Positions 38,029-48,150 of a stretch of DNA of 64,000 nucleotides are shown here, in pieces. Source of the DNA: Halorutilales archaeon Cl-col2-1 (GTDB lineage Archaea > Halobacteriota > Halobacteria > Halobacteriales > Afararchaeaceae); contig CP169074.1 in NCBI GenBank assembly GCA_041891055.1, positions 512,001 through 576,000 of the forward strand, given 5' to 3'. The translations under genes and the position numbers were made by a program. The notes under the pieces were generated by a model. It saw only the letters and a list, made by a program, of their open reading frames with translations, searched no databases and had not been told where the DNA came from. Positions within the stretch are counted from its first letter, which is position 1. Every line of letters begins with the position of its first letter.

Positions 38029-38898
38029 TTGACACCCAGATATGAAGTCGAAAAAAAAGAAAGGATTGGATATCAGGCGTGGAAGTCGGCTCTACAGAAG
38101 CTAACATCCTCAAGGAGTTCTAACCAGCTGGAGGAGCTATCCGCGACCGACTGGGACATACTGATAGTTCTGGACGCCTGTCGCGTGGATGTCCTCGAGG
38201 GATTAGCGAACTGGCCTGTCGATTCGGTGGTATCTCCGGCGAGTTGCACTCCCGAGTGGATTGGAGAGGTGTCATCTAGCCGCGTTCTTAGTGGGAGTAG
38301 GGTCGTCTCTGCTAACCCTCAGTATGAGAAAGTCGATGCGGACTTAGGCTGTGAAGAGATAGAGCCGTACTGGGAAACCCACTGGGACGATGACCTACAG
38401 ACGACCGTCCCCGAACAGGTACTTGACCGCGTAAGCGAGATATCCCAGAACTCGTCAGGCAGAGTTGTCGGTCATTTGCAACAGCCGCACTGGCCTTACA
38501 TAGCAAAGCTTGGCGACAGATGGCTCCTTGCGTACGATGAACTCGGCCCGTGGAACGACGACGAAGAGATAACTTCTCTACAGGTTGCGATGCAACGCGG
38601 CCTTGTGGATGTTGAGATGGCTAAAAAGGCGTACGAGTCCTCTATACACAGCGTGTGGAACGTACTAAAGACGTACCTTGCTGAGTGGGTGTCGGATGGG
38701 AATAATGTAGTTGTCACCGCCGACCACGGGGAGACCTTCGGTCGTTACCGCGAGTTTGGTTTTTATGAACACCCATGCAGGTGTCATGTGGCACCTCTCG
38801 TGAGGGTTCCTTGGATAGAAGTACGCGCTGATGACGGGGTTACAGAAACCTCGGATACAGTTGGAGAAAGACTACAAGCCCTTGGGTACGCCGAGTAA
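38029..38898 (+). CDS. sulfatase/alkaline-phosphatase superfamily protein
   Basis: DWDILIVLDACR, SANP, QPHWPY, TADHGE, RVPW, LQALGY. Confidence 0.8.
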   Translation: MTPRYEVEKKERIGYQAWKSALQKLTSSRSSNQLEELSATDWDILIVLDACRVDVLEGLANWPVDSVVSPASCTPEWIGEVSSSRVLSGSRVVSANPQYEKVDADLGCEEIEPYWETHWDDDLQTTVPEQVLDRVSEISQNSSGRVVGHLQQPHWPYIAKLGDRWLLAYDELGPWNDDEEITSLQVAMQRGLVDVEMAKKAYESSIHSVWNVLKTYLAEWVSDGNNVVVTADHGETFGRYREFGFYEHPCRCHVAPLVRVPWIEVRADDGVTETSDTVGERLQALGYAE

Positions 38899-38933
38899 CC
38901 GACTCCAAGACTGTATGTCCGCTGTGAGGTTGA

Positions 38934-39953
38934 CTACATATACCCAAGATCTTCCAACTGCTCCTTGACGCGTTCGCCCTCGCATCCCTCGTCTCTTTCG
39001 TAATCCGGCTTGTCAGGAATGTGTCCTCTTTCGAGTTCTTCGTTGACGACACCACGTAGGTCAAGTATCCCCTCCACGGATTCGACTATACTCGGATCGG
39101 TTGACGAGATGAAAGCCTCGTCCGTATGAACGCCGTCCTGCAGACCGTGGTCGCTGACGACGACAAGTTCGTCGTCTTCGCTGAGGTCGCCGCGTAACTC
39201 ACCCACGAAGTCGTTTAGCTCTTCGTAGGCGCGATCCTGTAGCTCGGGAAGGTCGTACGAGACATGTCCTATGAGGTCAAGACCGCTCGTGTACCCAAAG
39301 ACGAGTTCGTAGTTCATGCTTCGGAGCGCACGCCTGACAAGCGCGATACGCACCATGGACATCTCCATGCAGAGTTCGTAGAACTCGACGGGGTCGTCGC
39401 TCGTGTGGCCTCCTTTCGCGTCGGTATCCCTCTCGAAAAGCTCATCCATATCCCTCCTCAGTTGGTGCTCGCGGTCCTCGTCGTCGGGATCGGTTACGTA
39501 GTTGGGAACGCCTATCGCCTTTGCTTCTCGTCCGTCGAAGAGAGTTTCCAAACCGTTTTTATCGTAATAAGTCGCGGGCACCCTGAAGGCGTCCTGTTCG
39601 GTGTTGTTGAGGAGCCATGCTCCGATAAGTGTCTGCAAGCCGTCAGGGACGACGTAGTCGGCTACCTCGCTTCCTAAGTCTATAACCGGGTTCTCCCAAG
39701 AGACGCCCTCGTCAAGCTTCAGACCGTGCTCCTCGGGCGTTAGACCTGTGATTATACTGGGCCAGAGTTCGTGCGTCGAAGGCTCGCCCGCAGAGCTTAC
39801 GATGGTGTCTATGCTTGCGTGCGAACAGAGGGTAAGATGGGGGTGGTCATCTGGGTCAGCAAGCTCGGGATCAAGGGCGTCAATACCAAGAACTACGAGT
39901 GTCACATGCTGGTTAGAGTACTGTAGATTAAAAAGTTCACTATGATGACTCAA
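38934..39953 (-). CDS. alkaline phosphatase/nucleotide pyrophosphatase superfamily protein
   Basis: VLGIDALD, WPSIITG, DLIGH, VSDHG, LEDLGY; start uncertain. Confidence 0.8.
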   Translation of the reverse strand: MSHHSELFNLQYSNQHVTLVVLGIDALDPELADPDDHPHLTLCSHASIDTIVSSAGEPSTHELWPSIITGLTPEEHGLKLDEGVSWENPVIDLGSEVADYVVPDGLQTLIGAWLLNNTEQDAFRVPATYYDKNGLETLFDGREAKAIGVPNYVTDPDDEDREHQLRRDMDELFERDTDAKGGHTSDDPVEFYELCMEMSMVRIALVRRALRSMNYELVFGYTSGLDLIGHVSYDLPELQDRAYEELNDFVGELRGDLSEDDELVVVSDHGLQDGVHTDEAFISSTDPSIVESVEGILDLRGVVNEELERGHIPDKPDYERDEGCEGERVKEQLEDLGYM

Positions 39954-40320
39954 TTACGAGTGCTATATATGCAGCCTACGTGTCTAGATCTTTTTAAATC
40001 CTCTTCGATAGGTCATCCCTCCACAAGATAAAAGAATATATATCTACCACTGACGACTCAATTTATATGCTCGGTGCATATTCGAAAAGAGATCTAATTA
40101 AAGGCCTCAGAAATCCGCATCTTGTCAAAGAAGAAATGAGGGATATATGTCATTCTTTTCTACATTACCCTCGTCAAGTAGCCTTCTTGTATAACTATAA
40201 TGATTCTAACATTATCAATTATGACTGGGATAACTTAATCATTCTTGATGCTTGTCGTTATGATGTACTTGATGAGCTAGGCAAGTATGGCGATACAAAA
40301 TACAAAGTATTAGATTCGTC

Positions 40321-41311
40321 TGCTTTGTAGGATCGCTATAAGGCGTAGGATTTCACGATTTGACGGTTTTGTCGATGTTGTAGATAGCAGATTTTAGGAT
40401 CATTTCTCTGAACTCACGGTTCCAGAGGCGCGCACGCACGGCTGTGCCGAGCGTGCGCTTGATGGTTGAGAAGACAGTTTCACACATCCAGCGTTGATTG
40501 TAATCTTCATCTTTCATCCTAGCGTTGTGAGCCTTGTCTAGGTGTGTAAATTCACGATGCTTAATCAAGGGACGGACTCCGCTTTCGCGGAGGTCGTCCC
40601 GTAGCTTCTGCCAGTCATAACCTTTGTCTCCAGCGACGGAGAGCAGGTCATCAGCGTTCCGCTTAATGACCTGTTCTCCTATCTTAGTATCATGTTTCTT
40701 GGTTGTGGTTAAGCGAATCGGAGATTCGCGTACATCGTGAATCAAAGATTCACGAGATACAGTGAATGTCCAAGACAGAAAGTGTGTCAGTATCAACTAG
40801 AGCCGTTACTTTAAGCGAGCGAACACTGTAGTTCGCTCGCTGGCAGTAGTGTTTACTAGCTCTATCTCGATCGAATCCAGTGCTGTCAACAGCGACGTTT
40901 CTTTCGTCCTTAGACTCTGAGGATAGACGAAGAAAGAGCCTCATTGCTTTGATGTTTATCTTATCGAACCAGTCACAGAACGTAGTGAAGTGAGGGAGAT
41001 CGGTCACGGAGAGACCGATCTCCTCACGTATTCTCGGCATTTCTATCAAGAGATCTAGCGTTACTCTATAGGAGTCCTCTAGGTGAAGCCGTAATGAATG
41101 AAGTGCTATCATCGCCCACTCTGCGAACCCACCTCCGCCTTCCGGCGGGGCGGGTTCGTTCGGATTATCAACAGCGTTTTTAGCTAGCTTTACGCATCTT
41201 TCCGTGAAGCGACGGAGATTACTATCTACAATCATCATCAGCAATCTCTCGTCGCTTCTACCTATACTAAAATAGACCGATTCTAGCGCTGTCTAGCGAT
41301 CCTACAGGGCA
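40321..41311 (-). mobile_element. IS5-family (ISH1/ISH9-like) insertion sequence
   Basis: 18-bp TIRs TGCTTTGTAGGATCGCTA / TAGCGATCCTACAGGGCA; 8-bp target duplication GATTCGTC at 40313-40320 and 41312-41319. Confidence 0.92.
40353..41238 (-). pseudogene. IS5-family DDE transposase interrupted by a ~48 nt hairpin element
   Basis: AVDSTGF, AGDKGYD, YNQRWMCETVFS; frame broken at DIHC|TTTKKHD by an insert at 40711-40757. Confidence 0.88.
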
Positions 41312-42259
41312 GATTCGTCAAACAGCCCTGAATTCGTTGAGAATTATTTTTCAAATTGTACATATAACGACACCGTCTACGTTACTGCTAACCCGTTCGG
41401 GGCACAAGTTGACTCATCCACCTTTTATGAGACAGTAGTTACATTTAATAGTAGCATGGAGATAAACAAGAACAAGTCACAACTGGAGGATTTGGGAAAA
41501 AGTTGGTCTCCAAAGAGGGTTCACCAAGCTGCTTTAGAGTCCTTTGAACGTAATCCTAATAAGCGAATGATAGTTCATTTTATGCAGCCTCATGCCCCAT
41601 ATTTCGGCGAGAGAGCTAAAAGTATCCGAGATAGGCTACAGAATAAGGGGTATAAATTCTGGGCATGGACAGATGAAATAAATAAAGAAGAGAGAAGTGA
41701 AGATGATTATATATTAAGTCACTTACTTGACGCTGCTCAAAATGGACTTATTGGGGAAAATGAGCTCATTGCACTATATAAGGAAAATTTAAATTATGTG
41801 CTAGGATTTGTAGAGGAGTTACAAAATATAATAAATGGAAAGACAATTATAACCGCTGACCACGGAGAAATGCTAGGTGAAACCAAAGCTTTCTTGCCAT
41901 GTAATATGGGGGAATGGAAAGCTGTATTGGACATGGGCGTGGCATATATGTTGAAGAATTACGTAAAGTCCCTTGGGTAGCTCTCGATTATAACGAAAGA
42001 AGAACAATAACCGAAGGAGAGTCAGATAAAAAAACGGATGCCAAATTAAACGAAATTGATGGTCAGCTGAAAGCACTAGGGTATAAATAATTCCCCACAA
42101 CAATCGAGTTACACACTGGTTAATAAGTCTACTTCCAAATTCCTTTATGTAATTATAATTAGTTTATTAGTATATTGGTTTTTATAGTGAGTTAGTCGTA
42201 CTTTAGTATATGGAACTTCATAATGTATATATATACATGGTTAGCTATCCAATGATGGA

Positions 42260-43306
42260 ATGAAAATCGGTTTTTTCGCGTACCACCTCTCCGGTGCTGG
42301 CCCTCGTACTAGGTCACGAACATTAATTAACGCGTTAGCCAATAGGACGAACCATGATATTGTGGTTGTAACAAGTAAAGAGGAGGATTTTACCAATCAA
42401 AACGCCGAAGTGCATCATGAACTAGAGCTATCAGTGAGTGGACTTGTCAAAGGGTTATATAAAACGAGGGAGTATTTTAAAGAAGTGGATGTTGTTCATG
42501 TACCGGTAAATATAAAACAACTTATGTTTGTGCGTTTGATATATAACGGTTCTTTAGTTGCAGGTCCTGGGATACAACATGAATTATACTCCCGTACCTT
42601 AGCAAAGCGTCTGAATATTGATAAAATGGTGGAGACACACGAGTATATATCATATTTATGGAGGAAATCCGGTGTTGATTCAACTTATATCTATCCCACT
42701 ATTGACGAGGATATATTCTACCCTTTCGGAAGAGAGGAGCTTCGTGAAGCGAGAGAGGAAGTAGGAGTATCAGAAAAAGATACTGTCCTCCTCTTTGTAG
42801 GCAAGCTCAATAAATTCAAAGGCGCACATTTATTTTACCAATTAGTAAAAGAGCATTATAGTGGAGGGGATATTACCCCGGTAGTTGCGGGTAATGGCCC
42901 ACTAAGGGAGAAGTTTGAGGAGGATGGAGATTTCCTATATGCTGGATTTGTAGATAATGAAAACCTACCCATCTATTACAACATTGCTGACATAACGATA
43001 GTCCCCAGCAAGCATGAATCCTTCTCAATAGTTAGTCTTGAGTCTATAGCTTGCGGAACTCCTGTTATTACGACAACTTCCGATTCATGCGATATGTCAC
43101 GGATATTTCAAGACACAGGCGCGTACACTTGGACTGAAGAAAGGTCCCCTGAGTCAATAAATTCTGAAATTGACAACTTAACCTCGAATAAAAGCAAATA
43201 CAGACAAAAAGTGAAGAAAGGCTTCAAAACAATCCAGAATAAAGAACTAACCATCTCACATGTCATTAAAAACTATATTGATATATATAAGGAGGTGAGT
43301 GAATAA
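42260..43306 (+). CDS. GT4 glycosyltransferase (AT-rich)
   Basis: LFVGKL..KG, PSKHESFSIVSLESIACGTPV. Confidence 0.88.
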   Translation: MKIGFFAYHLSGAGPRTRSRTLINALANRTNHDIVVVTSKEEDFTNQNAEVHHELELSVSGLVKGLYKTREYFKEVDVVHVPVNIKQLMFVRLIYNGSLVAGPGIQHELYSRTLAKRLNIDKMVETHEYISYLWRKSGVDSTYIYPTIDEDIFYPFGREELREAREEVGVSEKDTVLLFVGKLNKFKGAHLFYQLVKEHYSGGDITPVVAGNGPLREKFEEDGDFLYAGFVDNENLPIYYNIADITIVPSKHESFSIVSLESIACGTPVITTTSDSCDMSRIFQDTGAYTWTEERSPESINSEIDNLTSNKSKYRQKVKKGFKTIQNKELTISHVIKNYIDIYKEVSE

Positions 43307-43307
43307 G

Positions 43308-45101
43308 TCATCCCTTCGACTGAATAGTGTATAGATCCGCGTATTCTCTGCCGTGGTCAAGAAGTTCCCCATGTGTTCCCGACTCGACTATCTCGCCGTC
43401 GTCAAGAGTATATATACAGTCAGCGTTCTTGACAGTCGAAAGTCTGTGCGCAATCGCTATAATACCGTAGTCCCGATCCATAGCCTCTATAGACTCCTGC
43501 ACCTCCTTTTCGAGATTTGTGTCAAGATCACTCGTCGCTTCGTCAAGTACGAGGAAGTCAGCGTCCTTGAGCAGGGCGCGTGCGAGAGCGATACGTTGTC
43601 GCTGACCACCTGAGAGACGTACACCTTCGTCACCTAGCTCAGACTCGTAGCCGTTCGGGAGGTCATCGACAAATTCGTCGACCTTAGCTATCTCGCAGAC
43701 ACGTTCAACCTCTTCGCGCGTCGCGTCACGTCTCGCAACCGTGACATTTCTTTCGAGAGTATCGTTGAAGATGAACGGTTTCTGTCGTACGACGGCAATC
43801 CGCGAACGCCAGTCTTCCATGTCGTACTCGTCTATAGGCACACCATCGCCACGTATCTCGCCGTCGTCAGGATCGTACATACGTGCGAGTAGTGAAACGA
43901 TAGTCGACTTACCTGCACCTGACTGTCCGACGAATGCGATAAAGTCTCCTCGTTCAACCTCGAATGAGATACCGGAAAGAACCTGTTCCTCTTCGTTGTA
44001 CGAGAAACGTACATCATCGAACTCTACGTGGTCAACTCCGGAAACACTGCGCGAACCGTCCTCTTCTTTCCGTCTCGCCAGTTCGACGAGAAATGTCTGT
44101 GTACGAACAAGATGTGAGATGTTACCCTCAACGTTGTATATCTGACTGTTCAGACGACTCACGAGCGGTGAGAGACGGAACATAGCTAGAAGGAAGATAC
44201 CGAGTGCACCTATCGAGAGACCGCTGTATGTGAATCCAATATAGATTAGAATAAAAAGCGCGAGCGATGTTGAGAGGTCGTAGAAGTTCTGAATAGCGGC
44301 TTTGTTCCTCGTTAGATCGATGCTCGAATGTGTGTACTGGCGGATGGCGTCTTTGAATCCTTCGAAGACTTCATCAGAGACACCGAAAAGCTTGACGTCA
44401 CGTATACCCTGTGTTCCCGCCTGTACCTTCTGTTGAACACGTTCGTTCGCTCTCGCAACCCGGTCTCCGACCGTGTATCCCGGCTCGATAACATACCTCA
44501 GCAGGAAGGTTATACCCCCAAGAAGAACAAACGCAAATACAGTCATCGCAGGTGCTATGTAGAACATAACAGCGAGATAGACTGATACTAGAAACGCCGT
44601 CTCCATCGACTGTACGGTATGTTGGATTACTTTCCCGGAGTAACGTGTCTCTGTTATTATCGAGTTGAGTATATTGTCCGAACCTTCATCGTCGAAGTAC
44701 CCGATCCTTGCATCAAGAGCTGTTTTGAAGGTTCGCGTACGCAGATCCTTCTCGTAATTCCTTCTCAAGTTCGCTTTGAGCCACGCGACGAGGAACGACG
44801 ATGTGAAACGTACCGTCATAACAGCACCGATGCCTGTCAGCAGGAACTCAAGTCTGAACGGTATACCGAGCATCTCGTATATGGACAGGAAAACTCCAAG
44901 TACACCACTAGCATCTTCTATCGGCTCACCCGCTTGTGCTACCTCTATGATAGGATATATGAAGCTCAGACCAACGCCTTCAAGAAAGGCTGTAAGACCG
45001 CCGAAGACAGCTATACTCGCAGTTAACTTGGGGTTGTAGCGAGCGACGCGTGCCAAAGCATCAATCTTCTCACGCCAAGTAATATCTTCTGAGTCAGACA
45101 T
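43308..45101 (-). CDS. ABC transporter permease/ATPase (MsbA/PglK-like, putative glycan flippase)
   Basis: TM domain plus GQSGAGKS, LSGGQRQR, LDEATS, IAHR. Confidence 0.9.
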   Translation of the reverse strand: MSDSEDITWREKIDALARVARYNPKLTASIAVFGGLTAFLEGVGLSFIYPIIEVAQAGEPIEDASGVLGVFLSIYEMLGIPFRLEFLLTGIGAVMTVRFTSSFLVAWLKANLRRNYEKDLRTRTFKTALDARIGYFDDEGSDNILNSIITETRYSGKVIQHTVQSMETAFLVSVYLAVMFYIAPAMTVFAFVLLGGITFLLRYVIEPGYTVGDRVARANERVQQKVQAGTQGIRDVKLFGVSDEVFEGFKDAIRQYTHSSIDLTRNKAAIQNFYDLSTSLALFILIYIGFTYSGLSIGALGIFLLAMFRLSPLVSRLNSQIYNVEGNISHLVRTQTFLVELARRKEEDGSRSVSGVDHVEFDDVRFSYNEEEQVLSGISFEVERGDFIAFVGQSGAGKSTIVSLLARMYDPDDGEIRGDGVPIDEYDMEDWRSRIAVVRQKPFIFNDTLERNVTVARRDATREEVERVCEIAKVDEFVDDLPNGYESELGDEGVRLSGGQRQRIALARALLKDADFLVLDEATSDLDTNLEKEVQESIEAMDRDYGIIAIAHRLSTVKNADCIYTLDDGEIVESGTHGELLDHGREYADLYTIQSKG

Positions 45102-45277
45102 CTGGATTAAACCATAGTTTTCTCGTTCGGATAATAAGAGTGCTGTTTCAAGACCAGCATTGATATACTCTAAGAGAGAAAATCCATATAACAAAGACCA
45201 GAAATACAAAGAGATAATGCCCTCAAAATCGATTATTCTCGTCAGAGTTTTATTGGAACCTATCGAACTTCAACAAA

Positions 45278-46264
45278 ATGAGCATACTCGTAACAGGAGG
45301 GGCGGGCTTCATTGGGGGACATCTCGCCGAGACTTTCGTCGAAGATGGACACGATGTCGTAGCTATAGACAACTTCGACCCCTACTACAGCGTAGGTCTC
45401 AAGAGACACAACGTCGACTGTGCGCGTTCTGCGGCTGAGGAGAGTGACGGCACGTACGAGTTAGTAGAGGGCGACATCCGTGACGAGAAAGTCATCTCCG
45501 AGTTAGTCGAGGACGCCGACTACGTCTTTCACGAGGCGGCACAGGCAGGCGTACGTACGAGCGTCGAGAATCCACAGAAGGTCAACAGCATAAACGAGGG
45601 AGGACTTCTCAATATACTCGAAGCCGCGAAGGACTCGGGTACCGAACGCATCGTAGTGGCGAGTTCGTCGTCTGTCTACGGCAAGCCAGAGTATCTGCCC
45701 TACGACGAGGAGCATCCCAAGAGTCCTGTGAGTCCGTACGGAGTCTCGAAGCTGGCTTCAGAGAACTACACGCGTGTCTACAACGAGTTACACGGGCTCT
45801 CGACCGTCGTCATACGTCCCTTCACAGTCTACGGTCCACGTATGCGTCCCAACATGGCTATAACCAACTTCGTCTCACGGTGTATCAACGGCAAGTCGCC
45901 GGTCGTCTACGGAGACGGCGAACAGACACGTGACTTCACGTATATCGAGGACATAGTCGACGCCCACCGCACTCTTCTTGATACTGACGAAGCAGACGGC
46001 GAGGTCATGAATATCGGCAGTACTGACAATATCTCGATAAACGAGCTCGCGAGGGAGATACGGGATGAGATAGATCCCGACCTCGACATCGAGTACGACG
46101 AGAGACACGACGCCGACGCCGAACACACCCACGCCGACATCTCGAAGGCTAAGAATCTTATAGGCTACGAGCCGAATACGGAGATACGTGAAGGCGTCTC
46201 GGAGTTCGTCGACTGGTACCGCGACAACAGAGACTGGTACGAGACCCTAGTTCTGGAGTCTTGA
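45278..46264 (+). CDS. NAD-dependent nucleotide-sugar epimerase (GalE/WbgU-like)
   Basis: TGGAGFIG, AAQAGVR, SSSSVYG, YGVSK. Confidence 0.9.
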   Translation: MSILVTGGAGFIGGHLAETFVEDGHDVVAIDNFDPYYSVGLKRHNVDCARSAAEESDGTYELVEGDIRDEKVISELVEDADYVFHEAAQAGVRTSVENPQKVNSINEGGLLNILEAAKDSGTERIVVASSSSVYGKPEYLPYDEEHPKSPVSPYGVSKLASENYTRVYNELHGLSTVVIRPFTVYGPRMRPNMAITNFVSRCINGKSPVVYGDGEQTRDFTYIEDIVDAHRTLLDTDEADGEVMNIGSTDNISINELAREIRDEIDPDLDIEYDERHDADAEHTHADISKAKNLIGYEPNTEIREGVSEFVDWYRDNRDWYETLVLES

Positions 46265-46301
46265 GTCTCCCGTGTCTTTAGGTAGCAGGTGCTGAGCTTT
46301 T

Positions 46302-46343
46302 GTCTAACCAACAGACTCCAATATTAGAAGTCGTTGGTTAGCT
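46302..46343. repeat. spaced inverted-repeat site 4 (GTCTAACCAAC-N20-GTTGGTTAGCT)
   Basis: Read directly from the sequence; abuts the stop codon of the HTH gene. Confidence 0.8.
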
Positions 46344-46798
46344 TACAAAGAAAGTCCCTGTTCAACAGTTTCTGGTAGTTCTGGACGGGGGGCATCCTGA
46401 TGCCTTTCTAATTTTTCAGACTTCTTTGTATTATCATAGACTGCTCTCAAGACCGGGACATTATTGAGGTACTGATAATCCCTTAGTACCTGAATACCTC
46501 TTTCAGTAAACCCATAGAAACGAGAAGGTAGGTCTCTCTTATCCTTGTTAGGAGGATACTCATATAGATCAAGTATCCCCTCCTCTATAAGATTATCAAG
46601 CTGATCGTCAATAGCCCCCTTGCTCTTAGGGATCATATAGTCTAACTCATCAAGAGACATGAGGTGTTTTGGATGTCCGAGAATATACCGTACTACTTGG
46701 TGGCGGGTTTCTTGAGAAAGCAGATCAAATAGCTGTCTCTGCTCCTCTAGTGGATCCTCTTTGATTCTCGTCCCGGTTTCGCTCATGTGTGTACTCAT
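46343..46798 (-). CDS. ArsR-like winged-HTH regulator
   Basis: QETRHQVV..ILGHP..ELDYMIP..DLPSRFY..APRP; paralog of 29055-29450. Confidence 0.8.
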   Translation of the reverse strand: MSTHMSETGTRIKEDPLEEQRQLFDLLSQETRHQVVRYILGHPKHLMSLDELDYMIPKSKGAIDDQLDNLIEEGILDLYEYPPNKDKRDLPSRFYGFTERGIQVLRDYQYLNNVPVLRAVYDNTKKSEKLERHQDAPRPELPETVEQGLSL

Positions 46799-46902
46799 AC
46801 AGTCTCACTGGATATAATACTTGGGCTTGACTAATGTAGTTTTTTCTAGAAATACTAAAGTGGTGGAGAAGTTATATCCGAATATAGGATAAGTGATTGG
46901 TA

Positions 46903-47658
46903 ATGGAGGATATATCAACACCATCGAACTCGGAGGAGATTTACCAACTCATAGACGGGATCTTACAGGACATAGATCTTGAGCCATTCGAGGCATCCAA
47001 GATAATGGGTTATGTAAATAGAGAGCTGCCACACTTACTACGCCCAGAGACAACATCCTACTTTGTTCTGGGTAGCTACGAATACCCCTATATACGAAGA
47101 CTCAGAATAGTTCATAACGAACTGAGCAGGAGAACAGGATCATATCCGTTCATAATGGGGGATTTGCCCCAGATAGATATAGATAGACTACCTGAGTTTC
47201 GTATAGAGTTTCACTTGCTCGGATTATCGACTGACTACATCGTCGGTGTATATGAAAAAAGAGGGGGCGGAGAAGTAACGGAGTTAGGTAAGATAACGGA
47301 GAAACCGTACTTCGAATACTCGCATATACTACCTCGGTACTACAGATGGTCTGAAAAAGACCAGCCGGAGAGTAAACTCGATATTCTTATAGAGGCTATA
47401 GAGATGGATTCTGAGAATGATCTCAACTCCAGTAGAATGGACAAGTTACTGGAGAAGGCAGAGGAGAATCACATAGATATAGACCGATCGGAGATACGAG
47501 AAGTAATCGATCAAAAGAACCTCGAAGAAGATGATATGCCTGAGTACAGCTGGGTACAAATGAATGAGTTCCGACAGTTTGAGTTACACGGGAGATGTTA
47601 CCCATGGACAACAGAGAAATCTCTCCGAAATCAACTGGATAACGTACCAAGATCCTAA
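46903..47658 (+). CDS. hypothetical protein, possible NDT/TIR-like fold
   Basis: SYFVLGSY, YPFIMGDL, STDYIVGVYE..GGEVTELG; paralog of 28442-28978. Confidence 0.65.
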   Translation: MEDISTPSNSEEIYQLIDGILQDIDLEPFEASKIMGYVNRELPHLLRPETTSYFVLGSYEYPYIRRLRIVHNELSRRTGSYPFIMGDLPQIDIDRLPEFRIEFHLLGLSTDYIVGVYEKRGGGEVTELGKITEKPYFEYSHILPRYYRWSEKDQPESKLDILIEAIEMDSENDLNSSRMDKLLEKAEENHIDIDRSEIREVIDQKNLEEDDMPEYSWVQMNEFRQFELHGRCYPWTTEKSLRNQLDNVPRS

Positions 47659-47746
47659 AGAAATATTCAGTTCTAACTTTCGCTCCTGTGTAAGTTCAAG
47701 TGTTGGTAAAAAACCAACAAGTAGCTACGATAGTCTGTATATGTAC

Positions 47747-47965
47747 TCAGTCCGAGTTCGAGACTTCACGAGGATCTTCTACTAGCTCATAGAGGCCTCT
47801 ATCTACTTTCTCTAAAATCCCGTGTTCTGTCAATCTCTTTATTCTTTGACTGGCATACTGCCTACTTACACCGATTCTATCTGCTAAATTAGCAGGGGTA
47901 TTTCTGCCTTCTCTAAGCTCATTTATTATTTTTGTATCCGTATCATTCAGATCAATATTTGCCAT
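47747..47965 (-). CDS. small winged-HTH regulator (repressor-like)
   Basis: LNDTDTKIINELREGRNTPANLADRIGVSRQY..RGLYEL. Confidence 0.85.
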   Translation of the reverse strand: MANIDLNDTDTKIINELREGRNTPANLADRIGVSRQYASQRIKRLTEHGILEKVDRGLYELVEDPREVSNSD

Positions 47966-48150
47966 TACTTATACATGGGGCATAGTCCATAAGTATATTC
48001 TGGTAAGTAAGTGACTGTTAGTAAAGTATAAGTGGTCGGCTACCATTAGGTAAGTTAAGAAGCGCGATACTCCGGACTACGGGGCTTAGTTCTCGTAGAA
48101 AGGGACGGGTGCGCCAACACCCGCCGAGCGCTTCTCGGAGTGAGAAGCAA

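Larger units (their letters stand above)
40067..42090 (+). pseudogene. sulfatase-like gene disrupted by IS5 element and a 3' frameshift
   Basis: DWDNLIILDACRYD..KVLDSS|NSPEF..TVYVTANP..HFMQPHAPY..TADHGE; VPW..LKALGYK in a shifted frame after ~41910. Confidence 0.85.

Noticed and set aside
47700-47726. GTTGGT-AAAA-AACCAAC palindrome as a sixth inverted-repeat site
   Set aside because: The arms are in the opposite order, short and without the long spacer; it may be a terminator between convergent genes.
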